A DNA stretch of 64,000 bases, from positions 62,001 to 126,000 of the forward strand of contig NIVC01000283.1 of the NCBI GenBank assembly GCA_002269645.1, read 5' to 3'. A program made the translations under genes and the position numbers. Of this stretch, positions 57,701 through 64,000 are shown piece by piece; position 1 is the first letter of the stretch; every line of letters begins with the position of its first letter. The stretch comes from Macrostomum lignano (lineage: Eukaryota). The notes below the pieces were generated by a model. It was not told the origin of the DNA, made no database searches, and was given only the letters and a program-made list of their open reading frames with translations.

Positions 57701-60700
57701 AGACACCAAACAACCTGTTAGACAAAACAGCCTGTTAGACACCAAACAACCTGTTAGACAAAACAGCCTGTTAGACACCAAACAACCTGTTAGACACAAC
57801 AACCTGTTAGACACCAAACAACCTGTTAGACAAAACAACCTGTTAGACACCAAACAACCTGTTAGACAAAACAGCCTGTTAGACACTAAACAACCTGTTA
57901 GACAAAACAGCCTGTTAGACACCAAACAACCTGTTAGACACAAACAACCTGTTAGACACAAACAACCTTTTAGACACAACACCTGTTAGACACAACAACC
58001 TGTTAGACACAAACAACCTGTTAGACAAAACAACCTGTTAGACACAAACAACCTGTTAGACACAACAACCTGTTAGACACCAACAACCTGTTAGACAAAA
58101 CAACCTGTTAGACTCAAACAACCTGTTAGACACAACAACCTGTTAGACACCAAACAACCTGTTAGACACAACAACCTGTTAGACACAACAGCCTGCTAGA
58201 CACAACAACCCTGTTAGACACCAAACAACCTGTTAGACACAACAGCCTGTTAGACACAACAGCCTGCTAGACACAACAACCCGTTAGACACCAAACAACC
58301 TGTTAGACACAACAGCCTGTTAGACACAACAGCCTGCTAGACACAACAACCCGTTAGACACCAAACAACCTGTTAGACACAACAACCTGTTTGACACAAC
58401 AGCCTTCTAGACACAACAACCTGTTAGACACCAAACAGCCTGCTAGACACAACAACCCGTTAGACACCAAACAACCTGTTAGACACAACAACCTGTTAGA
58501 CACAACAGCCTGTTAGACACCAAACAACCTGTTAGACACAACAGCCTGCTAGACACAACAACCTGTTAGACAAAACAACCTGTTAGACACCAAACAACCT
58601 GTTAGACAAAACAACCTTTTAGACTCTAAACAACCTGTTAGACAAAACAGCCTGTTAGACACCAAACAACCTGTTAGACACAACAGCCTGTTAGACACAA
58701 CAACCTGTTAGACACCAAACAACCTGTTAGACACCAAACAACCTGTTAGACACCAAACAACCTGTTAGACACCAAACAACCTGTTAGACACCAAACAACC
58801 TGTTAGACACCAAACAACCTGTTAGACACCAAACAACCTGTTAGACACCAAACAACCTGTTAGACACAACAGCCTGCTAGACACAACAACCTGTTAGACA
58901 AAACAACCTGTTAGACACCAAACAACCTGTTAGACAAAACAACCTTTAGACTCAAACAACCTGTTAGACAAACAGCCTGTTAGACACCAAACAACCTGTT
59001 AGACACAACAGCCTGTTAGACACAAACAACCTGTTAGACACAACAGCCTGTTAGACACAACAGCCTGCTAGACACAACAACCTGTTAGACACCAAACAAC
59101 CTGTTAGACACAACAACCTGTTAGACACAACAGCCTGCTAGACACAACAACCCGTTAGACACCAAACAACCTTTTAGACACAACAACCTGTTAGACACAA
59201 CAGCCTGCTAGACACAACAACCTGTTAGACACCAAACAGCCTGCTAGACACAACAACCCGTTAGACACCAAACAACCTGTTAGACAAAACAACCTGTTAG
59301 ACACAACAGCCTTTTAGACTCTAAACAACCTGTTAGACAAAACAGCCTGTTAGACACCAAACAACCTGTTAGACAAAACAACCTTTTAGACTCTAAACAA
59401 CCTGTTAGACACAACAACCTGTTAGACACCAAACAACCTGTTAGACAAAACAACCTTTTAGACTCTAAACAACCTGGTAGACAAAACAGCCTGTTAGACA
59501 CCAAACAACCTGTTAGACACAACAGCCTGTTAGACACAACAGCCTGCTAGACACAACAACCCGTTAGACACCAAACAACCTGTTAGACACAACAGCCTGC
59601 TAGACACAACAACCTGTTAGACACCAAACAACCTGTTAGACACAACAACCTGTTAGACACAACAGCCTGCTAGACACAACAACCCGTTAGACACCAAACA
59701 ACCTGTTAGACACAACAACCTGTTAGACACAACAGCCTGCTAGACACAACAACCGTTAGACACCAAACAACCTGTTAGACAAAACAACCTGTTAGACACC
59801 AAACAACCTGTTAGACAAAACAGCCTGTTAGACACCAAACAACCTGTTAGACACAACAGCCTGTTAGACACCAAACACCTGTTAGACACCAAACAACCTG
59901 TTAGACACAACAACCTGTTAGACACCAAACAACCTGTTAGACACCAAACAACCTGTTAGACACCAAACAACCTGTTAGACACAAACAACCTGTTAGACAC
60001 CAAACAACCTGTTAGACACAAACAACCTGTTAGACACAACAGCCTGCTAGACACAACAACCTGTTAGACAAAACAACCTGTTAGACACCAAACAACCTGT
60101 TAGACAAAACAACCTTTTAGACACCAAACAACCTGTTAGACACTAAACAACCTGTTAGACACCAAACAACCTGTTAGACACAAAAACAACCTGTTAGACA
60201 CAACAACCTGTTAGACACCAAACAACCTGTTAGACACCAAACAACCTGTTAGACACCAAACAACCTGTTAGACAAAACAACCTGTTAGACACCAAACAAC
60301 CTGTTAGACAAAACAACCTTTAGACTCTAAACAACCTGTTAGACAAAACAGCCTGTTAGACACCAAACAACCTGTTAGACACAACAGCCTGTTAGACACA
60401 ACAACCTGTTAGACACCAAACAACCTGTTAGACACCAAACAACCTGTTAGACAAAACAACCTTTTAGACTCTAAACAACCTGTTAGACAAAACAGCCTGT
60501 TAGACACCAAACAACCTGTTAGACAAAACAACCTTTTAGACTCTAAACAACCTGTTAGACACAACAACCTGTTAGACACCAAACAACCTGTTAGACAAAA
60601 CAACCTTTAGACTCTAAACAACCTGTAGACAAACAACCTGTTAGACACCAAACAACCTGTTAGACAAAACAACCTGTTAGACACAACAGCCTGCTAGACA

Positions 60701-63700
60701 CAACAACCTGTTAGACACCAAACAACCTGTTAGACAAAACAACCTTTAGACACAAACAACCTGTTAGACACAACAGCCTGCTAGACACAACAGCCTGCTA
60801 GACAAAACAACCTTTTAGACTCTAAACAACCTGTTAGACACAACAACCTGTTAGACACAACAGCCTGCTAGACACAACAACCTGTTAGACACCAAACAAC
60901 CTGTTAGACACAACAACCTGTTAGACACAACAGCCTGCTAGACACAACAACCGTTAGACACCAAACAACCTGTTAGACACAACAACCTGTTAGACACAAC
61001 AGCCTGCTAGACACAACAACCGTTAGACACCAAACAACCTGTTAGAAACAACAACCTGTTAGACACAACAGCCTGCTAGACACAACAACCTGTTAGACAA
61101 AACAACCTGTTAGACACAAACAACCTGTTAGACACAACAGCCTGCTAGACACAACAACCTGTTAGACACCAAACAACCTGTTAGACACAACAGCCTGTTA
61201 GACACAACAGCCTGCTAGACACAACAACCCGTTAGACACCAAACAACCTGTTAGACACAACAGCCTGTTAGACACAACAGCCTGCTAGACACAACAACCT
61301 GTTAGACACCTAACAACCTGTTAGACACAACAGCCTGTTAGACACAACAGCCTGCTAGACACAACAACCCGTTAGACACCTAACAACCTGTTAGACACAA
61401 CAGCCTGTTAGACACAACAGCCTGCTAGACACAACAACCCGTTAGACACCAAACAACCTGTTAGACACAACAACCTGTTAGACACAACAACCCGTTAGAC
61501 ACCAAACAACCTGTTAGACACAACAACCTGTTAGACACAACAGCCTGCTAGACACAACAACCTGTTAGACACCAAACAACCTGTTAGACACAACAACCTG
61601 TTAGACACCAAACAACCTGTTAGACACAACAACCTGTTAGACACAAACAACCTGTTAGACACCAAACAACCTTTTAGACACAAACAACCTGTTAGACACA
61701 ACAGCCTGTTAGACACAACAACCTGTTAGACAAAACAACCTGTTAGACACCAAACAACCTGTTAGACACAACAACCTGTTAGACACCAAACAACCTGTTA
61801 GACAAAACAACCTTTTAGACTCTAAACAACCTGTTAGACAAAACAGCCTGTTAGACACCAAACAACCTGTTAGACACAAACAACCTGTTAGACACCAAAC
61901 AACCTGTTAGACAAAACAACCTGTTAGACACCAAACAACCTGTTAGACAAAACAACCTTTAGACACCAAACAACCTGTTAGACACCAAACAGCCTGTTAG
62001 ACACCAAACAACCTGTTAGACACAAACAACCTGTTAGACACCAAACAACCTGTTAGACACAAACAACCTGTTAGACACCAAACAACCTGTTAGACACAAA
62101 CAACCTTTTAGACACAAACAACCTGTTAGACACAACAGCCTGTTAGACACAAACAACCTGTTAGACAAAAAACCTGTTAGACACAAACAACCTGTTAGAC
62201 ACAACAACCTGTTAGACACCAAACAACCTGTTAGACAAACAACCTGTTAGACACAACAACCTGCTAGACACAACAACCTGTTAGACACCAAACAACCTGT
62301 TAGACACAACAGCCTGTTAGACACAACAGCCTGCTAGACACAACAACCTGTTAGACACCAAACAACCTGTTAGACACAACAACCTGTTAGACACAACAGC
62401 CTGCTAGACACAACAACCTGTTAGACACCAAACAACCTGTTAGACACAACAACCTGTTAGACACAACAGCCTGCTAGACACAACAACCTGTTAGACACAA
62501 ACAACCTGTTAGACACAACAACCTGTTAGACACAACAGCCTGTTAGACACCAAACAACCTGTTAGACACAACAGCCTGTAGACACAACAACCTGTTAGAC
62601 AAAACAACCTGTTAGACACCAAACAACCTGTTAGACACAACAGCCTTTAGACACAACAACCTGTTAGACAAAACAACCTGTTAGACACCAAACAACCTGT
62701 TAGACACAAACAACCTGTTAGACACCAACAACCTGTTAGACACAAACAGCCTGTTAGACACAAACAACCTGTTAGACAAAACAACCTGTTAGACACCAAA
62801 CAACCTGTTAGACAAACAACCTTTAGACACTAAACAACCTGTTAGACAAATCAGCCTGTTAGACACCAAACAACCTGTTAGACACAACAGCCTGTTAGAC
62901 ACAAAAACAACCTGTTAGACACAACAGCCTGTTAGACACAACAGCCTGCTAGACACAACAACCTGTTAGACACCAAACAACCTGTTAGACACAACAACCT
63001 GTTAGACACAACAGCCTGCTAGACACAACAACCCGTTAGACACCAAACAACCTGTTAGACACAACAACCTGTTAGACACAACAGCCTGCTAGACACAACA
63101 ACCTGTTAGACACCAAACAGCCTGCTAGACACAACAACCCGTTAGACACCAAACAACCTGTTAGACAAAACAACCTGTTAGACACAACAGCCTGCTAGAC
63201 ACAACAACCTGTTAGACAAAACAACCTTTTAGACTCTAAACAACCTGTTAGACAAAACAGCCTGTTAGACACAAACAACCTGTTAGACAAAACAACCTTT
63301 TAGACTCTAAACAACCTGTTAGACACAACAACCTGTTAGACACCAAACAACCTGTTAGACAAAACAACCTTTTAGACTCTAAACAACCTGGTAGACAAAA
63401 CAGCCTGTTAGACACCAAACAACCTGTTAGAGACAACAGCCTGTTAGACACAACAGCCTGCTAGACACAACAACCCGTTAGACACAAAACAACCTGTTAG
63501 ACACAACAGCCTGCTAGACACAACAACCTGTTAGACACCAAACAACCTGTTAGACACAACAACCTGTTAGACACAACAGCCTGCTAGACACAACAACCTG
63601 TTAGACACCAAACAACCTGTTAGACACAACAACCTGTTAGACACAACAGCCTGCTAGACACAACAACCCGTTAGACACCAAACAACCTGTTAGACACAAC

Positions 63701-64000
63701 AGCCTGTTAGACACAAAAACAACCTGTTAGACAAAACAGCCTGTTAGACACCAAACAACCTGTTAGACACAACAGCCTGTTAGACACAACAACCTGTTAG
63801 ACACAACAACCTGTTAGACACCAAACAACCTGTTAGACAAAACAACCTTTTAGACTCTAAACAACCTGTTAGACAAAACAGCCTGTTAGACACCAAACAA
63901 CCTGTTAGACAAAACAACCTTTTAGACTCTAAACAACCTGTTAGACACAACAACCTGTTAGACACCAAACAACCTGTTAGACAAAACAACCTTTTAGACT
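48735..64000. repeat. Large satellite array of 17/18/19-bp units (GTTAGACACCAAACAACCT, GTTAGACACAACAGCCT and variants) with higher-order structure; runs off the window
   Basis: More than 15 kb of continuous tandem units. A recurrent cassette ...AAAACAACCTTTTAGACTCTAAACAACCTG... marks higher-order blocks. Confidence 0.99.

Noticed and set aside
48735-64000. Telomeric array (TTAGAC hexamer) or Cys/Leu-rich coding repeats
   Set aside because: TTAGAC occurs once per 17-19 bp unit rather than in tandem, and the ORFs are artefacts of the stop-poor minus strand.

Overview
This is eukaryotic, animal genomic DNA. GC-rich spliced exons, AT-rich introns packed with 16-25 bp minisatellites and a divergent flatworm-type GPCR suggest a free-living flatworm such as Macrostomum (inference). 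No rRNA, intact tRNA or CRISPR array was found. Host genes: (1) a head-to-head pair of intronless secreted PAN/Apple-like + LamG-like (ConA-fold) genes at 3.2-4.3 kb (minus, frameshifted in its signal peptide) and 9.0-10.1 kb (plus); (2) a phase-consistent 15-exon model of DNAAF9/C20orf194 on the minus strand (21549-40496, first exon unresolved), which none of the six-frame ORFs reveals in full; (3) a class A peptide-type GPCR nested antisense in the 10-kb DNAAF9 intron; (4) a two-exon ORMDL gene divergent from DNAAF9. Mobile DNA: a near full-length Ingi/I-group LINE (APE-RT-RNaseH-CCHC) with a candidate TSD and remnants of a 2A peptide and a 5' HDV-like ribozyme; a decayed intronless ORF carrying an ALKBH2/3-type AlkB dioxygenase domain, apparently the LINE's target; a Harbinger nested in a mariner inside a DNAAF9 intron; a hAT MITE; a TIR family seen twice; CORE-like SINEs; RTE, BEL and Gypsy relics; and a degenerate hammerhead candidate. 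The last 15 kb is a 17/19-bp satellite with higher-order structure. The best novelty candidates are the AlkB-bearing element and the lectin pair with a converted N-terminal half and a diversified C-terminal half. All alignments and translations were done by eye, and homolog motifs were recalled from memory.
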